The notes below the pieces were generated by a model. The model worked only from the letters and a program-made list of their open reading frames with translations, ran no database searches and was not told the origin of the DNA. Below are positions 1 to 14,900 of a stretch of 64,000 bases of DNA, piece by piece; positions within the stretch are counted from its first letter, which is position 1, and every line of letters begins with the position of its first letter. The position numbers and the translations under genes are program-made. Source of the DNA: Aplysia californica (Eukaryota); contig NW_004797290.1 in NCBI RefSeq assembly GCF_000002075.1, forward strand, positions 2,260,123 through 2,324,122. The letters are read 5' to 3'.

Positions 1-779
1 GTATGTGTGTGTGTGTGCATATATATGGCTGTGTGTGTTCTTAAAATATCATACGGTCCCTTCTCTATTATTCACATCTCAGCAAAGAAAAAGTATCATA
101 ATTTTATAATTGTTACAGCTTTAGATATATATATATGCTGAAAGTTTCAAAATAATTACATACATGTGTATGAAATTGATTTTAGCAATTAAAAACATGG
201 GAATTAAGTTTAAGAAGGGTTCATGTAGTTTGAGTGTCTTTTTATGAAGAAAGAACACTTTACAACATAACAACTTAAGGTCTTTGCAGTTTCAGTTGTC
301 TCTTAAATTTTAACTTTATATAATTGTGTGGATAGTTTCTAACCTAAGCAGTGTTTGTCAACCTTTTGTAGCTAGCACCCACTTTTTGCCACATTTTAGA
401 GGCTAACATTTTTGTGCCGCCCATCTGCATGATGTGTTTCAAAGTGGGGCATTGAATAACATCTGTTACTACCCAGGTAACCCCTACTGCCCGCCAAACT
501 GACAAAATTTCTCACAGTGGGTGATGTCACCCAGGTTGGCAAACATTGTGAACCCAGGCAGTGCTTGGTGCGTTGGTATGGTTGATTAAGCACAAAGGGA
601 CCACATCACAGAGCATTTAGAGCAGTGCGATATGGTTGTGCTCTAGAATTAATTAACAGCAAATGTAGGGAGAAGGGAGTGACACACACAATTTGCTGGA
701 GGCTAAAGGTTTTATTTACCTTTGAGACTGCAGCAGGGTCAGTGTAGTTTAGAAGAGGTTCAGTGGGTCGTTGTGACGA

Positions 780-1235
780 TGGTACATTTATTTACCTGAC
801 CAATGGTTAAAATAAAAACGATACAGATGATACGTGGAGTGAAAGCAGATGTGATTCAAGTGATTCTCAGTCTGAGTGTAAGAATGTTGTACTTGTGTGA
901 AATATGAGTAGAGTAAAGCAGGTAGGTTTTATGTATACTTTTGAAGATGGGTGTAAGAATATTATACTTGTGGGAAATAACAGTAGAATGAAGCTGGTAG
1001 GTATTTATATATATTTATTTGAAGATATGGCAGGTTCAATGTAGTTTAGTCCTTGTAAGATGCAATTGGTCATTTTGAATACAATGCATTTACCTGGTCA
1101 ATAGTAAAAATTAAGAAAAAGGTAGAAAGAAGGACTGAGAAATGATTTATACCTTGTAGATGGTACGCTGAAGCAAATGTGACACAAGTAATTCTCAGTC
1201 TGAGTGTTAAAGATATTATACTTGTGTGAAATTTT
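780..1235. repeat. Degenerate local tandem duplications
   Basis: GTGTAAGAATxTTxTACTTGTGxGAAAT recurs at about 875, 950 and 1203. ATTCTCAGTCTGAGTGT occurs at 864 and 1191. Confidence 0.55.
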
Positions 1236-1775
1236 ACCATTGACAGGGTCTTTTTCTCTGTGGGTGAATTGTGGGCCAATTGCTTTCTTCTGTCCCAGCT
1301 GTTCAGCTGAAGTTGTAAGTTTACTCTGACTGACTTTCATTTTTCAGTCGTCCTAAAGGAGAGTACAGTTGTTTAATAGCTGTAACTTTTAAGAACCAAA
1401 CTTTGGTGGTGTCCGGTTTTCCATATTTTTACCTGTCAGGCTGTTTTTTCCTACTCCCAAAGAAATTCTTTTACAAATGTATATATTCCAATGCGTGTTA
1501 TTATTGTACAATTAATTGTACTGTGGGTCTCAGAATTTATAACCAAACTTTTTATTTTACCCTAGGATAAAAATAGCTGTATACCAATTTGTTTGAAGGA
1601 CCAACTTTGCTTTATTGTTGCATATTTAAATTTAATTGAGTAAATTTGAAATACATTTATGGCAGTAATGACTTATTCATTCTTCTGATTTTAAAAATCT
1701 TTTGTTAAAGTTGATATGTTCATACATAATAATGGAGTAATTTATTTTTACCTATTTTTTTGTTTATTTTTCAGA

Positions 1776-2038
1776 ATGAATGGTATCTCCAAGCCTAAGC
1801 CATTGGTCGGGCGCAGACTTTCGTCCAGATAATAAGCTCACCACCATGGCATTGCGAAATATGTCTCCTTCTCAAGCTCCCCCATAGCTCAGGAATGCTC
1901 AAGGAGTGTGAAGCTGTTCGTGTTCGAAAAATCAAACACTCTGAAGCCTTTAATAGGCCTAGTCTTGTTTCTACAGTAAAGTCTGTTATTTTCGTCTGTA
2001 TACCGGTAGTGAAGAAAACTAGACCACTGCAAAAATGA
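1776..2038 (+). promoter_or_regulatory. Three upstream ORFs in the MCT 5' leader
   Basis: After acceptor ttttcag|1775: ATG1776-TAA1832 (18 aa); ATG1846 (caccaccATGG context, extendable to ATG1780) to TAG1887; ATG1895-TGA2038 (47 aa), whose stop overlaps the main ATG (ATGA). Confidence 0.5.
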
Positions 2039-5000
2039 ATGGTCTGGTTAGTGTGGAGGAGGGTTCCTCAGACTTAAGCTCTTCTGCTCCAAACGTTTCA
2101 CAGATGATAAATGAAACAAGTGATAAGGATCTCAAGGGCATACTTCTCAAAGGCATCGGTGAGGATCAAACAACAAATAATACAAATGCTTCTGAGTCAC
2201 TGAAAAGCCATGATGAAGAAAATGGTCTTGAAGAAAATTTGGGAGATAAATCCTCAGAAAAAAGAGTTGCTGAAGCCGATGTGCAAAATTCAGTGGAACC
2301 AACAGAAACAGATGATCAGAAAAAGGAAGATGATTCAAAAGCAGTTACTTTTGCAGAAGACGTTGAAGTTTTTGACTTGAGTAAAGCATCAACTGCATTG
2401 AATGTGCCGAGCAGCAAAACTGAACAATGTATATCAGAGGACGTTGATTCAAAACAATCTTTACATAGTCAAAAGATTCTTCCAGAAGATCAGAAACATT
2501 GCATTACCAAAGAGCTTCAGAATACAGATTCAAAAGCCAATAATGAGCTCGGACCTTCCGACCTAGAGACTGCTCACAGGTCTCTTACAGAGGATCCTGT
2601 GCTTGCTGCAGAACAGGAATATCAAGAGCCAGATCTTGGTGGAAGTGTGAAAGACGTGGAAAAAGAGCCATTGTTGGAGAATGTTCCAAGCACCCCTTCA
2701 GACAACCTTTCTCAGGGTGGTTACATCGATACTATTGGACCTTTAGAGAATGAAGACTTTTTAAGAAGGATGCATTCCTCTGTCAGGTATGTAAAAGAGT
2801 TACAGGAAATAGACAAAATGATTCAATAAAGATTGTTTAAATTTGAGTATTTTGCTTTATTGCAAAAAATCAGTTCTGATCACTACTTAAATTTAAATCA
2901 ACAAAGAGCGAAAGGTTTTGAAAAATAAGGGTGATTTATATATGGGCGTGGAATTCACCAATACAAGAATAGGGATGAGTTTTAAGAAAATAAGGGTGAG
3001 TTTTAAGGGGAATAGAACGGATTGGCAGTATTTTCATTAATTTCAATGTGGAAAATTGATTTGAGATACAAGTCTGTAAACGAATTACCTCACATCTCTA
3101 GACATTACTGTATTCAAAATGGTTGCCTTGTTTTTGTAACGTAAAAAATTATAATCAACATCTAAAATTCATGTTATTTAACAGGTCGTTATAATCCACA
3201 GTCATGTCTATGGAGAAGACAGTGGTTTCCAGGCCGCCAGCAATCTGGACTTGGTGGAGTTCACAGGTGAAGGCAATGCTCTCCCAGACATAGATAGAGG
3301 CTATGCATGGATCATACTAGCATCAGCTGTTGCTGCTTTAGCACTCCTTGGTGCAACGACAATTGCTGCTGGTGAGTCAGAGTAGAGCACAGTCGTTTGT
3401 GCCGCTGTAGTGTTCTCTTTTTTTTTATGTGTAGGTTTGATTTTGGGGAACTAGGTGTTTTCAGGACTTTTATCTTGACCATATTCAAAACTATGTGAAG
3501 CTATAAAAGTTTAACTGGCTTTTTTTAAATCAAAGGTTGTAAGGTGAGTGAATTTTCTTTTATCATTATCTAATGACCATTTCAGTTTTCTGTTACTCTT
3601 CTCTTCCACACTGTACAGATTTTCTTGCTAGAATTTTGTTCACTTTTTCATGACTTTTTTCCACTGAACTTCACTTTTTTCGTGCAATGCCAACTTCAGT
3701 GAGAATCATTACATGTGTGTTACTGAAGTCTAAAATTAGTTAAATGAATTTAAATGACTCTTCACCTCTCCATTTCAGTCTAAGATTAACACTATCTACC
3801 CACGCAGCGCGCTGAGCGTGCAACACTTATCCCCACGGCCCATGATACAGATGCGGTACATGCTATATCACATTGTCGCCGATTGGTGTCCCGTGAGGGC
3901 AAAGTGTTTTAAAGACTTTTATCCCAGCTGTAAACCTCATTAAACAGAATGGAATACCCTTATAACTATTGTGTTCGCACTGAAATTTGTCTCGTGAAAA
4001 CACTTCTAATACTTATAAAAGTACAGTGAGTGTCATCAACAAACATTTTTCCACAGGTATTCTAATGCCTGCCATTTTAGAACAGATTGATCCTGACATC
4101 ACCAAGGCTTCGTGGATTGGTTCTGTTCATGTGAGCACCATGTGTATGTCTGGTGAGGAGAGCTTTTGGTTTTTATTCTTTGACTGGACATTTTTTACAT
4201 TTTTTGGGGGGAGGACTTGTCCCTGAAAAGTGGTTTACCTTTTGTGAAAAAGGTTTCTTTTCCCTGTTTTTCAAAAGAACTTTGAAATCGTTATTTACTT
4301 TCTGATAACTGCCTTTTCACAATAAACCATTTCTTGAAAGAATTCAGGAGCATTTCTTAAAGCAAAAATACTACATAGCTGCTAACCAATATGTAAAAAA
4401 AGTTACTTAGTTCAATTTTGAAAGCCTAAGTATGTAAGTACGTTTTTCTGTTGGAAATTACGTAATTCTCTGTTTTCGAGTGCTGCTCCTCATGGACTAA
4501 TTACCCTTGTAGAAAATATTATTATGAACTGTCTAAACAGAATTTGAGAAGAATAATGAGAACAACCCATAAGTCTATTGGAGAGACCTTTACAAAACAT
4601 TTCTGACTTTATTGTTGCAGGTCTGCTTGGAATAGTTTGATTTTATTGCATGCAGAAAAATGTGTGTAAAAGGTTCAGAGGGGGATTACTTTTTTAATGA
4701 CTGCCGTCAGGACCCATTGGTGTATGTAAAGTCTGTTGTTCAGTTTTGAAAAGTTGTTAGCTGCGTAACTATAATAAACTTCTTTCTCAATTTGCTGAGC
4801 AAATAGCACAAATACTCCCACAGTTTTTTAAATTAATAAGTCAATTGCAGCTAAGGACTAGACAGAAACTTAACGCTGGTGGGATGAGATATGAAGTTTA
4901 CGTTTTGGATGCAGAAGTGTTTTTACACACGTTTGAAATATTTAGCTCACCTGGTAAATTGCATGAGAAGAAATAATCTGTTATCTTTTGCTGACATTTA

Positions 5001-7295
5001 TGTCCCCTCCTGTCACATTCCTCAGTTACCACTCTTGAGGCCTCTCTGCCTACACTTGATAAGATAAGGTTGTAGAGCTGCACACAATCATGTCATAGCT
5101 AATACACATAAAGCAGTCACGGAAGGTTGTTTTTGTACTTCTAAGAATGGGAAAACTGAAATTATTTTATTTTTTTTCTGCAGAGAGATAACTGATGTCT
5201 GTAAAAATATTTCTACTACATTTTATTACCACCTGCGAAAGGTTTTGGTAAAATAATTTTTTTTTAGAAAATGAAAAAGTTGTAATTCGTAAAGAGCTGA
5301 AGTCCAAGGCAAATTTGTGTCTGTTTGTTTCTAATTCTAAGATAAACTTAAATGTGTTATAGTTATATGTAGTGGTTTAAAGTTGAATAGAGATTCACAT
5401 GCACTCACGCTCATACATTACAGGTTTGAAATGTAATTTGTAAATTGCTCCACAGCTGCAGTGAGTGTGCGTGCGTGCGAGTGTGTGAATTCAAACCAGG
5501 CTGACCAAAATAAATATGTACATTCAAATTGATAATTAATGCTAGATCCGAAGCTAGGCTAATATGTGGCAAGACAAGGTCCTTGTAAACTTATATACTG
5601 TTTGTTTACTTTTACCTAATGCCTGTCAGTCCTTGGGCCACCTCAGATGTGTCATGGAGACTTGATTGTGAGTCCTCACAAAGTAAAAGTCTGACGGGCG
5701 CCTACCAGCCTTGAGGTCATTGGGCTGATATCTGCCGATGCCAGATATTTTGTCAGCGGGTCGGGGTGGCATGGAAGAGAGATTATGAAGCTGTCAAAGA
5801 GTAGGTGCCATGCAGCATATATAGTGTGTAACTCTGGTAACCAGTTTGTTAGTGGTATGGCATGGCAAATTTAGTTTGATGAGGACTGTACAACCCAAAT
5901 GGTAGTGTAGAGGCATAAATACTATGTTTATATTTATAGTATTTTGTACAGCTGAACCTGGCAGTTAGCGAGACTGGGGGTATAACGGGGTAGTATAATG
6001 AGGTTTCTACTTTTTTTTGGTAAGTTCTTTTTATGAACACATAACTAACTGAAACCTTCTCCATTTGAGTTAGATTATACTGATTTTTATTTAAACAGCA
6101 TGTTTGTTATGTTACTTTTATGGCTACTAAAGGTAGACCTAGGAGCTGAATTAAAAAGTTAATTAAAGTCATATCATTAACATGAGCCGAAAATTATATT
6201 TCTCTTTTCTTACAAGGTGTACAGGGCAAATACAGCCAAGACATGCATTTTGATAGATATATATATCAATTTTTTTTCAAACACATCCATTTGAGTATGG
6301 ATGTTTACTATTTAGTGAGAGGAAAATCCAGGTGTAATAAAGATTTAATATTTTGTTAAAAAGGCTTAAAAATGTGCCACATTATGCAAATAGTGACCCA
6401 AATATAAACTTTTACGAGCATAATGTAAGTTATCATAATGATCTATCATATCTTTAACCCCCCCCCCCTCTTTGTTTCCACTGGGTTGAAGTCAATTTGC
6501 ACCATGTTTCCTTTGATTGAAATCATGCTTTCTTCCCCCCCACCGTCAGGTCCCTTTGTTGGAGTTGTACTGAATCGACTTGGTTCAAGATTGACTGTTT
6601 TGATTGCTGGGGTTGTGCTGAGTCTTGGTTTTATTGGGGCGTCCTTTGCACAGAGTGTACTCCAACTCATTCTCACCCATGGTCTTGTATCAGGTAGGTT
6701 ATTTCGCTTCTGCAGAATTACAAAGTTGTATCTGACATTTTTGGCTGTTTTGAGTTACTAAGACCATGAGGTCAGAAATCAAATGTACTATCTGCTCTAT
6801 CAAAATTGTTAGATCGGAGCCGTGATCAAGATATATTCAAAGAATTGCATTCGAAAAAGCTTAACCATATTGTGAAACTCAAAAATTTTTACGTCAAATT
6901 TCTCAAAACTAGTTATTGAGGAAAAATAGAATAGAACTTTATTTTAATTCTAGGGTGGATTTGTAAGTGAAATCCACTTCTTTACTGTCTCTTAGTTAGT
7001 TAAGTGTATTCAGACACATAGCCCTACTAGTGTGGGCTAGCTGTTTAACTGTTTTAAGCTTAGAAAGCAAATTCTTTCTGGACAGAGAAAAAAACTGTTT
7101 CAGTCAACATAACAGTTGTATCTGCATATGTATCTGTTCGTACTTTTTTTCACATTTAATAATAATAATAATAATAATATATAACATTTATATAGCGCAT
7201 TTCCAAAAAAAGTAGCTCAAAGCGCTTTGCATTGGAATACCCATTTTCAAAACCTTTCGTACAACTTCCTTTCTTCTCATGCAATATATATTTAT

Positions 7296-7353
<58 letters not shown>

Positions 7354-8912
7354 ACACACACACACACACAGACTATTTTCTTTCCACACACACAGACTAT
7401 TTTCTTTCTGACGTAGGCACAGAACAACTATAATAAAAATAACGCTAGAAGCTTATTTATAATTTGTATTTTGACTAAATATTTCTCAAGCACATGCATC
7501 CAGTACCGCACTTTATGAAACTGCAATAAAAACTTTGTCAAAATTTCGGGTATAGTACATCTGAACAGCTGTCCGAGGATACACTTTGCACAAGGAAATG
7601 TGCATAAGAATTCCAAAATTTTTCTCTACTTGTATTGGGCAATTTTTATTAAAATTTTTTTTTAAAATTCAACATCTATTATGGTCATTTAAAAATACAG
7701 TTCTGTGTGGATTTTACAGAAAAATGTTGATCAAAGGCACAAAATATGTAAATTTGCAGTTCCAATTTAAAGGACATCCAAGCTTTGGAAGTCACCAAAC
7801 TTTCAGACACCAAGTGACCCGCTCTTCCTTCAATCGCAAATATCTCAACATCTGTTCAAGACAAATAGGGGTTTTTTTTCGTCAAAAGCAAGATCAATGA
7901 ACAGTCTTTAAGATGATGCCAACAACTCCATAAGCTCAAAAATCAACGAGCGCCTGTTGTCATGAAAAGGCGAGGGAGGAAATGGGAAGCGGCCGTTTGT
8001 TCTGGTGATTGTCTTGGATGGGTTAGAGCAGGTTTGACTATATTTCCCCTTTGAAGAACTGAAGTAATTATTATTAATGCTGTCTGACGAAATTCACAAG
8101 TGTAGTTTTTTCGTCATTGTTGTTGTTGCTCCTTGTCTTAAGTTTTTTACTTTTATCTGTCTCATTTTCAGGTATTGGTTCAGGCTTTGTGCTAAATACT
8201 ATGTTTGTTACTGCTGGCCAGCGCTTCAACAGATTTCGAGGACTGGCATGTGGACTGCTCGCAACAGGCACAGGAGTTGGCTTACTTGCAGGTAACTGTA
8301 TTTTCCTCTTGCTTTACTACTCTGTAGGCTTTTCTGTTCTGTAAGGTTAGAAGGGGAAAGGAAATTTAAGTTAGTTTACTTGGGTATGGTGTCTAGCAGA
8401 GATTTTCAGAAAAGTGTCCAGTACTTCTAGATTTTCAGAGTAGTGGTAAGTGCTACTTGTAGGTAGCATATACACGGCCTCGCTTTCGCGGCCTTTCGAG
8501 TGCATGGTTTTGGTGAAATCGGAGTAATTCAGATCGCTGTTTCTTTGCTCTTTCGCCACAAAACACCAAATGTTGAACACCTTGTAAAAATTTAGCTTTT
8601 CCTCGTTACAATGGTGTAAGTTGTTTATATGTCCGATTTTTAGGAGCTGGAGAATCGCCGTGGAAAGCGAAGCCCCTCGCGGTTGAAATGCATGGTCACA
8701 GAATGGTTTCTCATCTCCCTGATGGAGGCAATTATGTGTCGTGGAGGTGTGTCCAATACGTAATTGAGTAAAAATGACTTCGGCCCTAAGGTTTTCGTGG
8801 ACCCAGTTTGGGCATGATGTTGTGAAGTTTAGTGTTTATTTGTTTCTCCTAGTGTGTCTCCCACAGACTGGAGGTGTAGTTTTTTTAACTTTGTTTTTAA
8901 AGTCAGTCTGTG

Positions 8913-8961
<49 letters not shown>

Positions 8962-11900
8962 ATGTATGTGTGGGATGAAACACCAGGTTTTTTAAACTTT
9001 AATTTGAATGTTGTGTTCCTTTTACTACAGGGGGATCAGCACTATCAACTTTATTGAACAGCTTTGGGCTCCGAGGCACCTATCTCCTCTGGGCAGGGAT
9101 ATTGCTGCATATCTTTGCATGTGGAATGTTCCTGCGGCCCTCAGGAGAGCAAAAGTTACGAACACTGGAGGTCAAAGCTGCCAAAAGTCTCAAGTTTCAC
9201 CAACTCAGAAGTGAACAAAGTCTCACCAGTGGCCGCCAAAGTATGGCTAGTGGTGTCAACAGTATCCTCAGCTCAGTAGATCGGACTAGTATGTTCAGTG
9301 GACGTTCTAGTGTGCATCGAAGGCCTGAATTCCACCGTTTTTCCAGCCGAGCAAACCGATATGATCCTGGTGCTAATCCCTTATTGAGAGATGTTTTGCA
9401 TCGGGAAACATCTCGATCCAGCCACTCTGTGGCAACATTCCACTCACAGAAATCAAATAAAAAATCCAATGATACCGGCAGTCAACAAGTAGTTGGTAGA
9501 TTCACGTTTGCACCTGCGGCAGTGGATAGCCAAAGTGCCTTCACCTCTTCTCCAGGCAACACCCCAGTACCCTCGAGCCCCATCGCATCTGACTGTAGTG
9601 ACAATGACACTTCTCCAACAGAGCCGGGACCTCCCCATGTATCCTCTACTCTGTCAGTTCCACAGCGTATCTCAGATGGAAAAGCTTCCCATACCAACCT
9701 AGAAAATGACCCACAGTCTCCAACTAGTGAAAAAGAAACCTCAGAGTTTGGCGGATCGTTCAGGCGTCGACTCATATCTACAAGCTCCCAAACACAGTCC
9801 CACTACACTTCAATGAGTCACATCAGTCAGCGATCCACCCTCCGGGACCTTCTCCCCAAAGAATATGACAATGAATCTCTAGCATCCACCCTGGTATCTG
9901 CCTTGCAGCCTGTTGATGCTTTGACACCGAGGTACAGACTAGGCCCTCGCAGTGTGTCTACCATCATGGGCAGTATACTGAGTTTTCCTACTGCCCTCAC
10001 AATTGTGAAAGATGATTTGTCGCAACTTGGGGACTTGACCATAGCTGAGGAGAAGGTATTTTGTAAAGCAATCAAATTTCGTCTAGAAATTACATGTACC
10101 TTAAAATCATTAGTTAGTTATAGCAATGTTTAGATTGAACAACGAAATATACAGTCGAGCCCGTTAATCCGAAAACGCCGGTAACCGACAAGAAAATAAA
10201 ATCTTTTAATTTTATTCCCTTCATCTTGAGCAACCTCTCTTAACTGAAGAAAATCTGGCATTCCCGGAACTTTCGGCTTAGGCACACTGCACTGTACAGT
10301 CGGGCATACGCATAGTGAACATGCACACAGTGAGCAAATTTGTACACTACAAAAATATTTCTATGTCCCAATGCTTTCGCTATGTGTTTACTAGACTGTA
10401 TACAGATGCAAATACTGTGTCCTTGCCGATACGCTATGCTTTTGTCTCATTTGCATATATATATGATGTATATTTAGAGAGATGAAATTAAATTTATCTG
10501 TAAAAGCCTGAAAACAGAAATACATGTATTTTGCATGTGACAATGACTATATAACTTTTATTTCACTGTCAAAAGACTCTCAGTAATGTACATGCCTGAC
10601 TGATAATGGCATAGAAAGTTTATCTCCCCTGAACTTAGAGCTGGAATGAGGTTGAGTGCTGGTGAGAAGGAGAAGGAGGTGATTCTGATTTTAAAGTTCT
10701 TGAAGTGATAATCCGTGTAATACAACAGATGTTCAATGAAGGATGTAATCATATAACAATTTTTTTAATGAAAAGACATTACTAGATTGATGCACTTGCA
10801 CCTAGATCTCTGGCCTTAAAAGTAGATTGCGGTTTTTTAATAATTTATTTGAACTTATAAAACATTTTAGAACCACTCAGATACAAACTCTGTGATGCTT
10901 TTTATGTTGAGGATGCAAGTCATTCATTTTTTGTTACAGGCTCATTTCAATTTCATTCTTTGTTTTCCTTTTCAGACAATTGGAGACCATTTAATCAGCT
11001 TGCTTGATTCGTTGCGGCTGCTGAAAAATAAGCCTTTTCTCGTGTTTATTGTTACTTGTTTCTTGTGGTCATTTGGGGAATCCCCTATAGCCATCTACCT
11101 CCCGTCTTATGCTGTCAGGTAGGTTTCCTCAGGTTATGGATTCACTTAACCCTTTGAGCCCCAGCAGCAGCGCATAAAATTGCCCATTTGCCTAGCCACC
11201 AGGACATTGGTGATCGAGATCCAATCCCCAAACCAGCCCACCTGGTACAAAACGAGCATGGAAAACAGTGTTTACTACACAGAATGCTATTGATTATTTT
11301 GATGATCTTTCGGAATTAGATGCTGGTAATGACGATGACTATCCTGAGGTGGGATATGAAATATGATTCTGATGATGATATGAATCTGAGTAATATATCG
11401 CTCAGGAGCGTAGGAAGAGGGGCACTGTAGCCTCGGGAGGTCAGGGCTCAGAGGGTTAAATGAAGCCTTATTATTTTGAAAATGAGAAAACAATGTGTGT
11501 CGCAACGCATTAGAATCAAGCCCTCAACAGTTTTTGGGCAAATAGAGTTATTGGTAAAATGTATTTGAAAATTTGAAATGGAAATACAAGTTGTTGAGCA
11601 CAAAACAAGAAAATCTATAAATTATATAAAAATTTGCCCAAAGGGTGAACAAATATTGATTTCATTGTTTTGATAAGTGCCTGATTTCACAATGAAGCCA
11701 TACATTTGTTGATGGCTCTCATATTCTCTAAACTTTGTTGATCAGATTTGTTGACCATGCACTTTTGCTTTAAAACTATACCCTGATGATGATCTTTCTG
11801 TTCAAGCACACTTAGAATTAGAACCTTTTTTGCCTCACTGGATGTAGGCCTAGATGAGTCTTAGAAATAAATTATTTGCATTCTGTTAGGCATTGAACAC

Positions 11901-14900
11901 ATAATACCACTATTAGATATTGGTCTTTCTTCTTTCCTACTTCATATTCATACAAAAGGCTTTAAAATGTTCTACTACATTAAAGCACTGAAGTTGAGAA
12001 TTCTTCTAGAGTATATACTAGAATTACTTGAAAGAAGAACACTGGTGAGACTTGATGTAATATGATACGTTCTGTCTTTTCCAGCCAAGGCACCAGTATA
12101 CTTGAAGCGTCGTCCCTTTACACAGCAATGGGTCTTGGGTCTATGATAGGAAGGTTCTTGTCTGGTCTAATAGCGAGTGACTGTGACATTGGCCCCATCC
12201 TTCTCCACACCGGTAAGTTCATATATATAATANNNNNNNNNNNNNNNNNNNNNNNNNNNNNNNNNNNNNNNNNNNNNNNNNNNNNNNNNNNNNNNNNNNN
12301 NNNNNNNNNNNNNNNNNNNNNNNNNNNNNNNNTATATACAGTTACTCACATTATTATAACTATAATATGTAGGAAGACGACTTATATCTATTCAACTCTT
12401 TGGTTGTGGATTGTTAAGTAGTGATTTTGGTTAGGTGTTTTAGTGGATCACCAATGAAGTGGTGTTTTGAGGGTACTGATTTCATCGACCCCAAGATCTA
12501 CACGTGGTCCTGTGCTACATTTACTACTTATTTTCACCCATATTTGGGTTGTCTGTCCTAATATATGAATAATTTTAATGCTAGCACGAATTCATCAATA
12601 CTTGACTGAATTAAAATTGCTAATTCAAGTTTGGTGTGTAAAATTTCCATTTTAACCCAAATGCCTGGCCTTTTAATTCTGTACAGTAGTTTCAGCCCAA
12701 GTTTGAAAGGGGAGGGAAGAAATTTACAGTACCAGTATTATTATTAGTATTATCCTCTTGGGGTCATACCATATATATATTATATTCTTTTACCTATTCC
12801 ATCTCTAGTTACTATCACCTGCTGTTGGGTAGATTGAGGAAAATACTGCAGAGGGTACTTCTTAAAACTTTACCTTTTCCGTCTTGGATTGATACAAATT
12901 CACTCTTTTACTCTTTTCTTCAAATTGGAGGAGGACCAAAGCCCTCCACATTTTTCAATATCCTTTGAAAGTTTCATTTTAGTTTCAACTTTCTTATATT
13001 CAGTATTCAAATATAAAAAAGTATCTTTGGCTGTTAATGATAACGTTGGTCACTCTCGTACTACCAGAACTAGTCAAACAATTGACGGCAGTTGTCTGTT
13101 TACATCAGTTACATTAAAAATCCAGAGTTAATTGCCCCTGGCTTCTGGCTCTTTGGGTGAATTTTTTTGGAAATCTTACGAAGTGAACTGGGGTAGTGTA
13201 GTAAAGTTTGATTTTCTCCTACAAAACTGATCGTTTTGAACAAAATTGACATTTCTAGTTAGTTAAATGATATGTATCTATCAATATAACTTGCTCCAGG
13301 AGCGTTTTCCATCGTTGGTCAACAAAATTAAGAAGATGAAATATTTATTTTACCATAACTTTTTTAAAAAGCGTCGTAAAACTGCGGGTGGGTTTTTATC
13401 TCTTCAGCGTCCAATTCTACTACAGTATTACGTGATTTCTGCAGCCAGTTACAAAGATAAGCAATGGAAAATTCCTCTCGAATAAACTGTCCGAAACGCG
13501 CTACACTCCAAATTTGCCAATATTTGCGTGCCACACGTTGTGGCAGAGCGCGTAGCGACCCTTGTAGTTTTAACTCAAAAATCTGTAATGTTACGCATTT
13601 CTCTCCCTATTGAAACTAACATGGAAACAAAAAACACACATAGATCTCTCGTTTTATATTGGTTTTATAATAATGCTAGGCCAAGAACTAATAAAGTTAT
13701 GAGCTGAGACTGAGGAAAAACCGGGATTTTCGCATAAACCGCACTCGCCTGGCAAGCGTGAAACCCCCTACGGTACTGAAAGATGTCTTGTTTGAATTTG
13801 AAGTATTTGAAGTCCCCCCCCACCCCAATCTTCAGCTTTTTGTATTCTGTAAATCTGAAGGGAACTGAACTTCCTTTTCCAAGGTGACCTGTATTATAGC
13901 AATCATGAGACATCATGGCAATAAGATATTGTCACATAAATTTTGTTATTCCCGGATTCGACTGCCGTATGTAACCTGGTAGCAATGATATCCAGAGTGA
14001 AGAGTGAGTTAAACTTAAACTTTAATTGTGACCTTACTTGGTCATTCAGGCAATGTGTGGCATTAAAAAGGTAAAGTGCTTATTGAGGCCAAATGTGGCC
14101 TAATTTATAAAGTTGGGTGTGTGCGTATGTGTGTGTGTGTGGTATTTTGGCAATATGTGGCCTAAGTAAGCATTCCGTAACTTTAAAAATATGTTTGTGC
14201 GTCCCAGGTTGCCTGAGTATAGCCGGTTGTCTAGTAGTCCTGAGTCCTCTGATCACCGCCACCTTCAGCCAGCAGCTCCTGCTGTCCGGTGTGTTTGGGC
14301 TGTACACCGGGTCCCTCGTGCCTCTGTCTTCTCTCATCACGATCGAACTACTGGGGATTGAGGAACTTGGCCTGGGCTACGGATTTCTTTCTCTTTTTCA
14401 AGGTGTTGGATATTTGATTGGACCACCTTTGGCTGGTGAGTAGTGATTTAAAAAAAATATTTTTCATTTTTACATGAAAGGGCTGTTTTAGTGAGGTTGA
14501 TTTTCAAATTATTCAATCGGCTTTAATTTTTTTAATGCTCTCTTCTGATGAGAATCTCGAACCATACCAAAGATTTTACCATTTTCCATTTGTTCTTTAT
14601 TGTTTCGGTATCCGGTACTTCACCTATCGTTGCCAACATGCATGACTTGATCTAAATCTAAAATATCAGATTTCACAGCAAGAAAAAAAAAAGATGTTTC
14701 TGAGTGAAAGCTCTTTCCTCTTTTTCTTTCTATGAAGGTTAATAGGCTACATGTTGTTTTTACTATTTTCTGTTTCACATTTTAACTCACACAAGTTAAC
14801 TTTTTAGCTGGTTTTATTTTGTTTACTTTAAAATTTGTTTGAGTCTTCTTGAAGCAGATTTTGTGTTAGTGTTAACAGAGCAGAGTGCTAATGAAAATTC

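Noticed and set aside
3175-3202. Alternative MCT acceptor at 3184 (TTTAACAG|G)
   Set aside because: It gives a stop within three codons after the 2786 donor. TTTAAC fits better as the branch point for the in-frame acceptor at 3201, 20 nt downstream.
7156-7433. ORFs with CVCVCV or HTHTHT repeats
   Set aside because: They are translations of the (CA)n microsatellite.
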